Shown here: positions 1-10,419 of the stretch, piece by piece | Numbering within the stretch: position 1 is the first letter of the stretch | Layout of the letters: each line of letters starts with the position of its first letter | Origin: Pirellulales bacterium | GTDB taxonomy: Bacteria; Planctomycetota; Planctomycetia; Pirellulales; DATAWG01 | Length of the DNA: 64,000 nt | NCBI GenBank assembly: GCA_036267355.1 | Contig: DATAWG010000099.1 | Span: 90,393 to 154,392, forward strand | Direction of reading: 5' to 3' | Translations under genes and position numbers: made by a program | Notes under the pieces: generated by a model | The model's database searches: none | Seen by the model: the letters and a program-made list of their open reading frames with translations, nothing else | What the model was told of the DNA's origin: nothing

Positions 1-3000
1 CGAGCCGCCGCCGCTGACAGTCAGAGCGGTGCTGTTGAGATTCAATGCCGCCGAGACATTGGTGCCGTTGAGCGTGGCAATCGTGCGGGTTGGATTGTTG
101 AAGTTGACGGTGCCGTTGGCGGTTAGCGTGCTGGCCGTGGAGATCGAACCGCCGGGGAGAACGCTCAGCGTTCCGCCCGAGGAAACGCTGACGCCGGTGC
201 CGACGATCGCGCCGCCGCTGCCGATTGCGAGCGTGCCGCCGGTGACATTGGTGTTGCCGGTGTAGGTGTTCGCATTGGTGAGCGTGAGCACGTTCGGTCC
301 GCTTTCGGTGAAAGTGCCGCTGCCGCTGATCACGTTGCCGTAGCTCTGCGGGTTGAAATTGGCGAAGACGAGGGCGGCATTGTCGAGAATGTTGCCGGCG
401 ACCGAGCCGTTCGAGGTTGCGCCATCGCCCAAGCGCAGCGTGCCGCTTGTGATCGTGGTGCCGCCGCTATAAGCATTCGCGCCGGTGAGGGTGAGCGTTC
501 CGCCGTTGACGGTGAGGCTTCCCGCGGGCCCTCCGTCTGCAATCGTGCCGCTGAAGCTCCCGCCGCCGGTGACGGAGAGCGCGGTGCCGAAGAGATCCAG
601 CGCGGCGGAGCCGTTGGTGCCGTTGAGCATGGCAAGCGTGGTGGTCGAGTTGTCCAGGTTGACGACGCCGTTGTCGGTGAGATTCGTCGCCGTGGAGATC
701 GAACCGCCCGCGGCGATGTTCATCGTCGCGCCGGACGAAACATTGATGCCCGCGCCGGCGATCGAGCCCGTGGCGCCGACGTTGAGCGTGCCACTGGCGA
801 CATTGGTGTCGCCGGTGTAGGTGTTGGCGGCATTCAGCACGACGACGGCGCCGGGGCCCGATGTGGTGATTCCGTAGTTATTGCCGTTATCGGTGATCGC
901 TCCGAGAGTGAGCGTGCCGGCGCCGGAGCCGTTGTTGGCCACGTTGAATGTGGCGTTGCCGGTGAGTGTGACGGCGCCGAGCGTGAGTGCATAAGGAATA
1001 TTCGCCCCGGTGCTGCCGCCGGTGACGGAGAGCGTGCTGGCGCCGATCGTGGTTTGGCCGGTGATCGTGGCGAGATTGTATCCCGTGACGTCGATTGTCG
1101 AGTTCGCGGTTACCTGAACATTGTTCGCGAGCGTTTCGGCAACGAGACCGACGATTTCGAAACCTTCGAACGCGCCATTTCCGTTGATGTTGTCCAAGCC
1201 CACGGTTTGGCTAGTGCCGCTGAGGCCAGAGAACACGACATAGTCGCCGACCGTGTAGGTGCCGGGAGTGGTGCTGGTCGCTTGCGTGTAGGTGGTGGGC
1301 ACCGTATCGGAGGCGAGATAATAGGTGGTTCCGCCGAGAGTGATATTGTTGTCGCGACCGCCGGCCGTCGATTCCGCTGCGCCGGTGTAGACATACAGGC
1401 TGTAGCTCGAGTAAGGGATATTGCTGAGATTGAGCGAGAGCGTGCTGCCGGCAGCCCAGTAGAGATATCCGTTGAGCAGGGGAATGCTGCTTCCCGAGTT
1501 GTAGGTGCTGCCGACGCCGGTAAGGGTGAAGGATGCGCCGGTGGGATTGACCGAGGCATCGGTCAGCGACGTGGCCGAGCTGAAGCTGCTCCCCGCAAGA
1601 TTCATCCAGTTGTTCATCGTCGCGCCAGGGGCGCCGGAGCCGTTCGGGGCAAGCGCCGTGTAATTGCCGACGGCATTGCTGCCCTCAAAATGGACGCCGA
1701 TCTGGTTGTTCGTTCCGGGGAGACTTAAAGTGCCGCCATTCAGCACGACCGCGCCGGTGCCGAGCGTCGAATTGCCGAAAGTGGCGATCGTGCCTTGGTT
1801 GATCGTGGTGCCGCCGGTGTACGTATTGCTGCCGGAAAGAGCGAGCGTGCCGGCGTCGGTTTTGGTGAGTCCGCCGGCGCCGCTGATGACTCCTGGCACG
1901 GTCAACGTGTTCGTGGCGGTCACGTCGAAGGTGCCGCCGCTGCTGCCCAAATTGATGGCGCGATTGTTGGCGCCGGCAGTACCGTTAAAGAGTCCGAAGG
2001 TGGCGGTCGCTTGGAGCGTGCCGCCGTTGAGGTTGATCGCGGCGCCTGTGGATGCCGCGCCGAGATCGGCGTTGTTGGCAATGCTGGCGAAGCCGTTGAT
2101 GTAGGTCGCGCCGGTGTAGGTGTTCGTGGCGCCGCCGGCGAGCGTGGTGATGCCGGGGCCGGAAATCGTCAGCGTGTTGCCGGTGATGCCGGAGTTCACG
2201 GTCAGCGAACCGTAATCGATAAGAACGATCCCATTGCCGCCGCCGGCATGGAACGAGCCGCCGGTGATGATTGAACCGGTGGCGGCCGAGGTCACGAGAA
2301 TGCCGCCGGCGTCGACCAGGTCGTCGCCGGTCGCCGCCAACGTGAGCGTCGTGCTCGGGGTGCTGAACGTCAGCACTCCCGATTCCACGGCAGCGGTTGC
2401 GGTGTAGTTCTGCGTGAGATTGGTTTCACCGGCGTCGTTGCCAGAGAATGTATTCGTATTGGAGTAGCTTGCAAGCGCTGCGATCGCTCCGGCGCTGATC
2501 GTGGCCCAGGTGCTGCCATGATTGACCGTGGCATAGGCCGTCCAACTACTGGTGGCATCGACGAGAACGCCGGGGCCGACGGTCGTTTGCGTGGTGGTAA
2601 TGCTACCCGTTGTCGGCAGGACGAAGTCGATCGTTGCGCCGACCGTGCGGGTCAGTGCCCCGAGGACCAGATTATCGCCGGCGCCGAGCGCGACGCCGGC
2701 GGAGATCGACGAAGCGCCGGCGTTGAACGTGGTGCCGGTGAATGTTTCCGCGGCGGATCGGCCACCCAAGAGCTGCAGGGTTCCGCCCGCCAATTCGAGA
2801 GCCGAGCCGGTCGTGGTTCCCGTGACGGCCAATTGAAGCGTTCCGGCGTTGATCGATGTCGTGCCGGTATAGGTGTTCGCGCCGGCGAGGCTAACGAGCC
2901 CGGGGCCGGTCGTCGTCAATCCGCCCGAGCCGCTGATGGCGCTATTGACGGTGAGCGTGTTGCCGGTATTGACCGACCAGTTCTGCGTCGCGCCGAGCAC

Positions 3001-6000
3001 CAGCGGGGCGGCGATCGTCACCGCTCCCGCGGCCGAGTTCGTATTCCCGATCGTGATCCCGCCGGCGCCGATCGTAAGGGTGTTGAAGCTTGGATCGTTG
3101 CTCAGCGTCAGGGCGTTGGGATCGTTGCTGACCAAGCCGAGGATCGACATGTTGGCGCCGAGCGACATGTTTGCTTCGTTGGCGGCGCCGGTTGCGGAGA
3201 AATTGACGGTCGCGGTGGGGCCCGGCGGCAGCGGCGTCGCGATGCCCGTGATGTTCGACACCCAGTTGCTGGTGGCGCTTCCGTCGGAGGCGCCCCACAC
3301 TCCGCTGGCGGCGCCATAGCCGCCCGACCAATATTCAGCCGTGAGCTCGGGTTGAGGCGTGGTGGTAATCGTGACGGCATTTGCGCCGACGGTGAAATTG
3401 CTGACGGTGAAGTTCGTGTTGTTATAGACCGATAGGGCGTAGGTCGAGGCGCCGTTGGCGTTGAGGCCGCCGCCGACGGAACTGAGCAAGGTCTGAACGC
3501 CGGAGGGTACGGTTTGGCCCGCCACGCCATAGACATTCAGCGCCACCGAACCGCTGGCAGGCGTCGATGCGACGGCAGTGCCGCTGGTGGCGATCGTGTC
3601 GAGAATTTGCGTGCCGAGCGTGCTTCCGGCGGCAAAAGTAAGCGATGTGCCGCTGGTGGGCACGATCGCCAGCGTCGAGGGAGTTGTGCTGCCGGTGAGG
3701 TAGTTGAACGTCGCGCCCGCGCTAACGGTTAGCGCGCCGGTGCCGATGCCGCTACTGGTCGAGCCGACGGTTGGCGAGGTGGCCCCCAAGATGCCGGCGC
3801 TGACCGTGGTGCCGCCGGAATAGGTGTTCGCACCGGTCAGGGTGTTGAGGCCCGGACCAATCTGTTGAACGGCGCCGCTGCCGCCGATGACATTGGTGAC
3901 GCTCTGTGCGGCGGCAGTGCCCGGATCGAGCAAGAGCGTGCCGTTGTTGGTCAGGGTGGTAAGTGCGGAAATCGCGCCGCGGGTCGTGCCGTTGCCGAGC
4001 TGCAACGTTGCACCGGGATTGATCGTCGTAGCGCCGGTGTAGGAATCGGCGGCCGTGAGGATGGTCGTGCCCGGGCCGCTTGCCACAACCGCGATGGTTC
4101 CCGTGCCGCCCCCGATCGTGCTGCCGACCATGAGCGATCCGGAGTCGGCCAAGGTCAACGTTTCGGTTCCTGCGGCGCCGGAGGTGATCGCATCGGTGAT
4201 CGAAAGCGAGCCGCCGGCGACTTGCGAGACCGTCAGATTGTTGTCGAGCGTGATCGTCGAACCAGAGAAGGCGGAAGCGGCCGCGGCAGTGCCGCCGATC
4301 GTGAGCGTGCCGGTGTTGCCGGCCACGACCGTGATCGGGCTGGCGATCGTGTAGGAACCAGCCGTTAGCAAGCTGGCGGAGTTCGCGCCGAACGAGGCCC
4401 CGAGAGAAACGACGGCGGTCGAAAGGCCGAGCGGGCCGGTGGCTGAATTGGTGTTGTTCGCGCCGACAAGAATGGTGCCTGCATTGATTGTAGTGCCGAG
4501 CGTGTAGGTGTCGGCGCCGCTAAGCGTCATGATGCCGTTGCCGGTTTTCGAGACGCCGGCGGTATAGGCATTGAACGGCACGAGAGCGGACGAAACGTTC
4601 AGGTCCGACGGTGGATTTTGCGCGCCGCGGCTCACATTGAACGTTAGGTTGCCATTGATCTCGATGGCGACTTCGGTGGCGTTGATGGTTGCCGGATTGC
4701 CCGTCGTGGGATCGGACGTGGCGATGAAGCCTGCCCCGTTGTACATCGAATAATTGCCGTTGCCATCGCCCAGCCCGGCGGCGGAGGAGAGCGTTCCGCC
4801 GACCAGCGTCATGTTGTTGGCGATGGTTTGCCGCACGCCGCTGGCCGCGGTGACGGTGCCGCCGTTGTTGATCACGAGGGCTTCTTTGCCGGTGGTGTAG
4901 CCGAGCACATCGGTGGCATTCAGTCGCAGCGTGCCGCCGTTGTTGACGGTGATCGTCGGCGAGGCGGAAAGCTGCCCCGGCTGGCCGTTCGCCGTATTCA
5001 CCTGCAGCGTGCCGCCGCCGACGATCGTTCCGCCGGTGTAGGTGCTTACGCCGGTGAGGATCAATGTTCCGGAATCGGTTTTCGTGAGCGTGCCCGCTCC
5101 ATTCATCGCGGCCGACATGGTGAGCGTGTTGCTGCTGGTGACGTCGAAGGCGCCGCCATTGTTGCCCAGCGTGACTGCGTTGCCCAAGCTAAAGGTTCCG
5201 GTTGCCTGAAGCGTGCCGCCGTTGAACACGAGCGTTCCGCCGCCCATATTCGCCGCGGCCGCGATGCTCGCAAAGCCGTTTAGATACGTTCCGCCGCTGT
5301 AGGTGTTCGTGCCGCCGAGGGTCGTCATGCCGGGTCCGGAGATCGTCAGCGAGCCGCCGGTGATGGCGGAATTCACGGTCAGCGAACCGTAATCGATGAG
5401 AAGCACGGCGTTGCCGCCGCCGGCATGGAACGAGCCGCCGGTGATTGTTGTACCGGTTGCGGCCGGAATGACCAGGATGCCGCCGGCGTCGGCTAAGTCG
5501 TCATTGGTCGTCGCCAATGTGAGCGTGGTGTTGGGATCGCTGAACGTCACCACTCCCGATTCCACGGCGCCGGTGGCAGTGTAGTTCTGCGTGAGGTTAG
5601 TCTCACCGATATAGGTTGCAGGGAACGAATTCGTATTCGAATAGCTGGCGAGCGGCGCGATCGCTCCGCCGCTGATCGTGGCCCAGTTGGCGCCGCCATT
5701 GACGGTGGCGTACGCAGTCCAGTTGTTGGTGGCGTCGACGAGCACTCCGGGGCCGGTAAACGTGGTGGTCGTCGTGATGCTGCCGGTGGTCGGCAACGTG
5801 AAGTCGACCGTGGCGCCGGCGCTGCGAGTCAAACCGTTGAGCACCAAATTTTTTCCCGAACCGAGCGCGACTCCGGCGGAAATCGCAGACGCGCCGGCGT
5901 TGAACGTCGTCGCAGTGAATGTCTGGCTGGCGGATTCTCCGCCCATCAGTTGCAGCGTGCCGCCTCCCATGGCAAGAGAAGACGTGGCGATGCTGCCCGT

Positions 6001-9000
6001 GGCCGCGAGCCTCAATGTTCCACCGTTGACGCTTGTCGCCCCGGTGTACGTGCTGGCGCCGGAAAGCGTGAGCATGCCGGAGCCGATCTTCGTCAGAGCG
6101 CCGCTCGTTCCGTTGATCGAGCCGGCGAAGGCCGCGGGGCTGGTGTTGTCGCCGCCGACGGTCAAGGTCGCGGCGCCGATCGACACGGTGCCGCCGGTGC
6201 CGGTGAGCGAGCCGATCTGCGTGGCGTATTGAGTGCTCGAGCCGAGGCTCAATGTGCCGCCATTGACCGCTACGGCCGAGTTGTCGCCGAACGCACCGCT
6301 GACATTCGCGACCGACGCCACGCCGGCGGTGAGCGCGCTGCCGCTGCTGACAACTGTCGGGCCGGCGTAGGTGTTGGCGCCGGAGAGCGTTGTCGTGCCG
6401 GTGCCGATGATGGTCAGGCCGCCGGCGCCACTGATGACGCCGGCAAAAGCCGCGGGGTTGGTGTTGTTGCCGCCGATGGTGAGGGTCGCGGAGCCGAGAG
6501 CCACATTGCCGCCGATCGTGCCGCCGCCGGTGAGCGAGCCGATTTGCGTGTTGAGGCCTTCGAGATTCAGGCCCGCGCCGGCCGTATTGGCCAAGGTAAC
6601 GGCAGAATTGTTTCCGAGCGCTCCGCTCACGTTCGCCACCGAAGCGACACCCGCGGCAAGCGTGCCCGCGCTGACCAGGGTTGGTCCGGTATAGGTGTTC
6701 GCGCCGGAGAGATAGAGCGTGTTGGCGCCGGTTTGCGTCAGTCCGAGCACATTCGCGCCGCTGTTGGTGTTCGCGATCACGCCCGCGTAGGTAAAGGCGC
6801 CGTTGACGGCATTGGTCGTGTCGATCCCAAGGCTTGAGCCGCTCGCGAATCCGCCGCTGGCGACGCTCAAGTTCGTGAGCAGGGTTTGCAAGTCGGCGGC
6901 GGTAAAATGGCCCGACGCGCCGACGCCGAACGTCAGCGTCGCGCCCGGATTGACGGTGATATTGGCGGCGGTCCAACTCGCGGTGGTGTTGTCGTAGAGC
7001 GATGTTTCGGAGGTGAATTCGAGCGTGCCGGCGGAGGCCAGCGTCGGACCGGTGTAGGTGTTTGCGCCGGAAAGCGTCAGCGATCCGCTGCCGACTTTGG
7101 TCAAGCCGCCGTCGGGCGTGGCCCCCAAAGCCGTGGCGTGAAGGAGGGCTTGTGAAATCGTGACGGCGTTGGCTTGCGAGTCGATCACGGCGCCGCCGGC
7201 GAGGACATACGCATTGGAGATACCGGTCAAGAAGGTGGTCGAGGAAAGCGCCGCTTGTAGCGTGCCGCCGTTGAAATTGATCGTGCTCGAGCCACCGCTG
7301 CCAAAGCCTCGGGCCGTGCTCAGTATGCCGCCATTGAGATTGAGCACGCCCGTGCCACCATAACCGGCCAGGTAGATCAGATCGCTGGGAAACGCGCCGC
7401 CCGCGGCAACGGTGAGTGTGCCGCCGGCGATGGTGAGCGTGCCCGTTCCGTAAGTTCCGCTGTTGGTATCGCCGCCGCCGATAAACACTCGGCCGCCCCC
7501 CGCGCCGACGCTCAGCGATCCCGATGTGACATCGACCAGTCCGGTGGCGGCGTTGTAGCCGACGAGAAACTCGTCGCCCCCGGAAACGGCGAGCGTGCCG
7601 CCGGCGATGTTGAGCGTGCCATTGCCGCCCGAGCCGTTGCCGATGCGCACGCCGTTCACGCTGGCCGGATTGGCGCCGCTGGCGCCGGAGGCGTCGACAT
7701 TCAGTGTGCCGCCGTTGATGTTCAGCGTACCGGCGCTGGTGCCCCCGATGACGACTTCGCCGGACGTTCCCGCGAGGGAACTGGCGGTTGCGGAGCCGCT
7801 AAAAGTCAATGTCGCGCCGCCATTGACCGTTACGGCGCTACTGCCCGAATTGATGTAGGCGCCGTCGATGTTGGCGATGGTCGATGCGCCGTTGACGGTG
7901 AAGCCGCCGCCCGCGGCCGTGATCGAGCCGGCGGAGGCGATGGTCAAGGTGCCGGAGCTAACGATCGTGCCGCCGCTGTAGATGTTTGCGCCGCTGAGGG
8001 TCAAGGTGTCGCTGCCGGCCATGGTCAGACCGCCCGAGCCGGAGATTGGGCCGCTGATCGTGGTGCCGCCGGTGCCGGTGTCGGCGATCGTGAGCAGATA
8101 GCCGCCGTTGGCGACGCTGCCGCTCACGGTGAACAAGCTGCCGCTGGCATTGGTCCACGATTGGGCTGCGCCGAGGACAATCGGAGCGCTGATCGAATTG
8201 AGGCCCGCGCCGGAGGCGACCGTAATGCCCGAGCCGGCCGTGTTGGTGCCTGATGCGCCGGCCAGGATCGTAATTGAATTGGTCGCAACGGCGCCGGGGC
8301 CGATGGAAACTCCCGCAATGTTGAAATTTAGGCTATTGATCGTGAAGCTTTGGCCGAGCGATTGCGTCAGGTTGGCGGCTCCGGTTGCGGTTTCGAACAC
8401 GTTGGCGGTGCTGATCGGCAGGCCGCTGTTCACGCCACCAGTGGCCGCGGTGACCCAATTGGTTGTGCCGGCGGGGTTCGTGTTCCAATTGCCGTCGGTG
8501 CCGCCGGCCCAATACGTGTCGCCGGCTGCGCCGAGCGCGACATTCAATTGGACGCCTGTGCTCGATGCCGTCAGATACGCGACGTCGCCGGTGGGAGGCG
8601 TAAAGTTTCCAAGCGCAATCGCGGTAGGCGCTGGGCTGCTGGCGAAGCTGAGCAACGTGTACGGCGCCGAGCCGATGCCGAGCGTCGCTCCGCTCAAGGG
8701 CGATAGATTGATCGTGGCGCCGCCGGGGCCCGTGCTCAACATGCCCGTGGTGACGATTTGATCGGTCGCGCTGGCGCTGAAATTAAGATTTAGCACCGCG
8801 GCGCCCGAGGTGCTGCCTCCGAGCGTGAGATTGGTAGCCGACGTCGTCGCGTTGTTGATCGTGAGAGTGCTGGGAGAGGCTTCGGAGTTGGAGAACGCCA
8901 GAGTGCCGATGCCTGATGTGCCGCCGACTCTGAGGCTGCCGGCGCCGCCGGCTGCGGAGCCGATCGTGTAGTTGCCATTGATGAGCAATGTGCCGCTGTT

Positions 9001-10419
9001 GGCGGCGCTGCCGACGGCAACGGCCGTATCGCCCAACGAACCGGCGGTAAGGGCCAATGCGCCGGCATTGACGGTCGTCGCGCCGGTGTAGGTGTTCGGG
9101 CCGGAGAGGGTAAGCGTGCCGGTGCCGACCTTGATTATTCCACCCGGGCCGCTGAGGATGCCGCTGTAGGCCGTGCTGGCGTTGTTGCCGCCGACGAGGG
9201 GAGCCACGGCGGCCGGACTGCCGGCCAGATCTTGAAGCAGGATATTTCCCGAGCCCGAGAGGCCGCCGAGGTTCGGGGCATCGATTCCGGCGGCAAACGT
9301 CAATCCATTGTTCTCAATGACGGCGACGGTGCTGTTTTGGACGGCATTCGTGTTGGCCAATTGGAGCGTGCCGGTGCCAACGGTCGTGGCGCCGTTGTAG
9401 GTGTTGGCGCCCGCGAGGGCCAACGTGCCGCTGCCGGCCGTGGTGATGCCATAGCCGGCGCCGCTGATGACTCCGCCGATCGTCAACGTGTTGTTGCCGA
9501 CGGTGATGGTGGGCGAAGCAGTGAGCGCCACCGGGGCAGTTCCGAGATTGAGGCCGCTCGTCGAACCGGTGAACGTAAAACTTCCGCCGATGCTATACGA
9601 CCCCGAGCCGAGCGACAGCGTCATCGGCGAATTGCTGGTGTTGTCGATCGTGGTTCCACTGCCGATCGTAAACAGTTTGCCGGAGGCGAAACCGCTGAAC
9701 GCGCTCGCCGCCGCGGCCTGGGCAAAGTTCAAGGTGCCGGACGTCAACGTGAAGCCGGTGGTGAAGCCGGTGTTGCCTTCGGTGGTGTTGTTGCCGACGT
9801 CGAGGTTGACCGTCAGGCCGGCGCCGTTTTCCGTAATGATGCCACCGCCGCTCTGCTCATTGTAGCCGAGGGCCGTTTGAAAATTGATCGTGCCGCCGCC
9901 GGCAAGCGTAAGCGCGACTTCGTTGAAGTTCAGTGCAGCGCCGTTATATGTGTCGCCTTCATTCAAGACCGAGCCCGCGGCGACCGTCCAGGTTTGCGTG
10001 CCGCTGAGGTACGAGTTGGCCGAACCGGTCAACGTGATATTGGCGCTGCCGCTGCTGATCGCCAAACCGGTCCAATTGATTGCGGAATCGAGCGCCACAG
10101 TGAATGTGTCGCCGGCAAAGTCGGTCGACGAGGCCCCGAAGGTCAACTGCGCGCCGGCGGGGGCGGCGGCGAGGCCCGAATCGCCCCCCGTGTTGGAAGT
10201 TGTCCAGTAGCTGTAACCTTGCCCGGGGCTGTAAGTGCCCGTCGGACTTCCAAAGCCCGAACTGGTGGTGGTGTTGACGTCGAAGTAGTAGGCCGTTCCA
10301 TTCGCCGCGGCCAGGCGGGGCGCCGCAAACACGGCCGCGACCATGAGCAGCGCTTGCCAACCACAGCCGGCCCAGCCACCGCAGATCGAGGAAAACCAAG
10401 AACCGGTTGAACGACTCAT
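1..10419 (-). CDS. Giant secreted autotransporter-associated beta-strand repeat (PATR) / beta-helix surface protein, 5' (N-terminal) portion; gene continues beyond window start
   Basis: Minus-strand ATG at 10419..10417 gives MSRSTGSWFSSICGGWAGCGWQALLMVAAVFAAPRLAAANG (signal peptide), followed by an uninterrupted frame of Gly/Thr/Ser/Ala/Asn-rich repeats such as GTLTLSGANTYTGATTVNAGTLQL, LTLSGPNTYTGATTVNAGALAL and ITTAGSGTLALAGANTYNGATTVGTGTLQL, all the way to position 1. I spot-checked the frame at 1..36 and at 10381..10419. No stop in this frame would explain why the six-frame track (complete ORFs only) lacks it, while every other frame yields only short Arg/His/Gln-rich shadow ORFs. Confidence 0.8.
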   Translation of the reverse strand, partial: MSRSTGSWFSSICGGWAGCGWQALLMVAAVFAAPRLAAANGTAYYFDVNTTTSSGFGSPTGTYSPGQGYSYWTTSNTGGDSGLAAAPAGAQLTFGASSTDFAGDTFTVALDSAINWTGLAISSGSANITLTGSANSYLSGTQTWTVAAGSVLNEGDTYNGAALNFNEVALTLAGGGTINFQTALGYNEQSGGGIITENGAGLTVNLDVGNNTTEGNTGFTTGFTLTSGTLNFAQAAAASAFSGFASGKLFTIGSGTTIDNTSNSPMTLSLGSGSYSIGGSFTFTGSTSGLNLGTAPVALTASPTITVGNNTLTIGGVISGAGYGITTAGSGTLALAGANTYNGATTVGTGTLQLANTNAVQNSTVAVIENNGLTFAAGIDAPNLGGLSGSGNILLQDLAGSPAAVAPLVGGNNASTAYSGILSGPGGIIKVGTGTLTLSGPNTYTGATTVNAGALALTAGSLGDTAVAVGSAANSGTLLINGNYTIGSAAGGAGSLRVGGTSGIGTLAFSNSEASPSTLTINNATTSATNLTLGGSTSGAAVLNLNFSASATDQIVTTGMLSTGPGGATINLSPLSGATLGIGSAPYTLLSFASSPAPTAIALGNFTPPTGDVAYLTASSTGVQLNVALGAAGDTYWAGGTDGNWNTNPAGTTNWVTAATGGVNSGLPISTANVFETATGAANLTQSLGQSFTINSLNFNIAGVSIGPGAVATNSITILAGASGTNTAGSGITVASGAGLNSISAPIVLGAAQSWTNASGSLFTVSGSVANGGYLLTIADTGTGGTTISGPISGSGGLTMAGSDTLTLSGANIYSGGTIVSSGTLTIASAGSITAAGGGFTVNGASTIANIDGAYINSGSSAVTVNGGATLTFSGSATASSLAGTSGEVVIGGTSAGTLNINGGTLNVDASGASGANPASVNGVRIGNGSGGNGTLNIAGGTLAVSGGDEFLVGYNAATGLVDVTSGSLSVGAGGGRVFIGGGDTNSGTYGTGTLTIAGGTLTVAAGGAFPSDLIYLAGYGGTGVLNLNGGILSTARGFGSGGSSTINFNGGTLQAALSSTTFLTGISNAYVLAGGAVIDSQANAVTISQALLHATALGATPDGGLTKVGSGSLTLSGANTYTGPTLASAGTLEFTSETSLYDNTTASWTAANITVNPGATLTFGVGASGHFTAADLQTLLTNLSVASGGFASGSSLGIDTTNAVNGAFTYAGVIANTNSGANVLGLTQTGANTLYLSGANTYTGPTLVSAGTLAAGVASVANVSGALGNNSAVTLANTAGAGLNLEGLNTQIGSLTGGGTIGGNVALGSATLTIGGNNTNPAAFAGVISGAGGLTIIGTGTTTLSGANTYAGPTVVSSGSALTAGVASVANVSGAFGDNSAVAVNGGTLSLGSSTQYATQIGSLTGTGGTVSIGAATLTVGGDNTSPAAFAGSINGTSGALTKIGSGMLTLSGASTYTGATSVNGGTLRLAATGSIATSSLAMGGGTLQLMGGESASQTFTATTFNAGASAISAGVALGSGKNLVLNGLTRSAGATVDFTLPTTGSITTTTTFTGPGVLVDATNNWTAYATVNGGANWATISGGAIAPLASYSNTNSFPATYIGETNLTQNYTATGAVESGVVTFSDPNTTLTLATTNDDLADAGGILVIPAATGTTITGGSFHAGGGNAVLLIDYGSLTVNSAITGGSLTISGPGMTTLGGTNTYSGGTYLNGFASIAAAANMGGGTLVFNGGTLQATGTFSLGNAVTLGNNGGAFDVTSSNTLTMSAAMNGAGTLTKTDSGTLILTGVSTYTGGTIVGGGTLQVNTANGQPGQLSASPTITVNNGGTLRLNATDVLGYTTGKEALVINNGGTVTAASGVRQTIANNMTLVGGTLSSAAGLGDGNGNYSMYNGAGFIATSDPTTGNPATINATEVAIEINGNLTFNVSRGAQNPPSDLNVSSALVPFNAYTAGVSKTGNGIMTLSGADTYTLGTTINAGTILVGANNTNSATGPLGLSTAVVSLGASFGANSASLLTAGSYTIASPITVVAGNTGTLTIGGTAAAASAFSGSTITLDNNLTVSQVAGGSLSITDAITSGAAGTETLTLADSGSLMVGSTIGGGTGTIAVVASGPGTTILTAADSYTGATTINPGATLQLGNGTTRGAISALTTLTNNGTLLLDPGTAAAQSVTNVIGGSGAVQQIGPGLNTLTGANTYSGGTTVSAGILGATSPTVGSTSSGIGTGALTVSAGATFNYLTGSTTPSTLAIVPTSGTSLTFAAGSTLGTQILDTIATSGTAVASTPASGSVALNVYGVAGQTVPSGVQTLLSSVGGGLNANGASTYALSVYNNTNFTVSNFTVGANAVTITTTPQPELTAEYWSGGYGAASGVWGASDGSATSNWVSNITGIATPLPPGPTATVNFSATGAANEANMSLGANMSILGLVSNDPNALTLSNDPSFNTLTIGAGGITIGNTNSAAGAVTIAAPLVLGATQNWSVNTGNTLTVNSAISGSGGLTTTGPGLVSLAGANTYTGTTSINAGTLQLAVTGTTTGSALELAGGTLQLLGGRSAAETFTGTTFNAGASSISAGVALGAGDNLVLGALTRTVGATIDFVLPTTGSITTTQTTVGPGVLVDATSSWTAYATVNHGSTWATISAGAIAALASYSNTNTFSGNDAGETNLTQNYTATAAVESGVLTFSTPSTTLTLAATGDDLVDAGGILVTSAATGSIITGGSFHAGGGNGIVLIDYGSLTVNSGITGNTLTISGPGITTLAGGATNTYTGATYINGFASIANNADLGAASTGAAINLNGGTLQATATFGLFNGTAGANNRAINLGSSGGTFDVTATNTLTVPGVISGAGGLTKTDAGTLALSGSNTYTGGTTINQGTIATFGNSTLGTGAVVLNGGTLSLPGTNNQIGVHFEGSNAVGNYTALAPNGSGAPGATMNNWMNLAGSSFSSATSLTDASVNPTGASFTLTGVGSTYNSGSSIPLLNGYLYWAAGSTLSLNLSNIPYSSYSLYVYTGAAESTAGGRDNNITLGGTTYYLASDTVPTTYTQATSTTPGTYTVGDYVVFSGLSGTSQTVGLDNINGNGAFEGFEIVGLVAETLANNVQVTANSTIDVTGYNLATITGQTTIGASTLSVTGGSTGANIPYALTLGAVTLTGNATFNVANNGSGAGTLTLGAITDNGNNYGITTSGPGAVVVLNAANTYTGDTNVASGTLNVGATGSIAGAGINVSSGATMNIAAGGSISTATNLTDNGVVNLDNSTTTLAMLNGTNGSAALDLFGTALSVTGGGSFSGTIADGGPAGSLTVNGGTLTLTGANAYSGGTTITSGTLRLGDGATSNGSVAGNILDNAALVFANFNPQSYGNVISGSGTFTESGPNVLTLTNANTYTGNTNVTGGTLAIGSGGAIVGTGVSVSSGGTLSVLPGGSISTASTLTANGTVNFNNPTRTIATLNGTNVSAALNLNSTALTVSGGGS

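Noticed and set aside
5603-6976. 457-aa minus-strand ORF (and many 100-300-aa ORFs on both strands between 1 and 10400)
   Set aside because: Arg/His/Gln/Asp-rich composition typical of out-of-frame translation of GC-rich repeat DNA. All lie inside the continuous minus-strand frame of the giant PATR gene and show no domain-like motifs.
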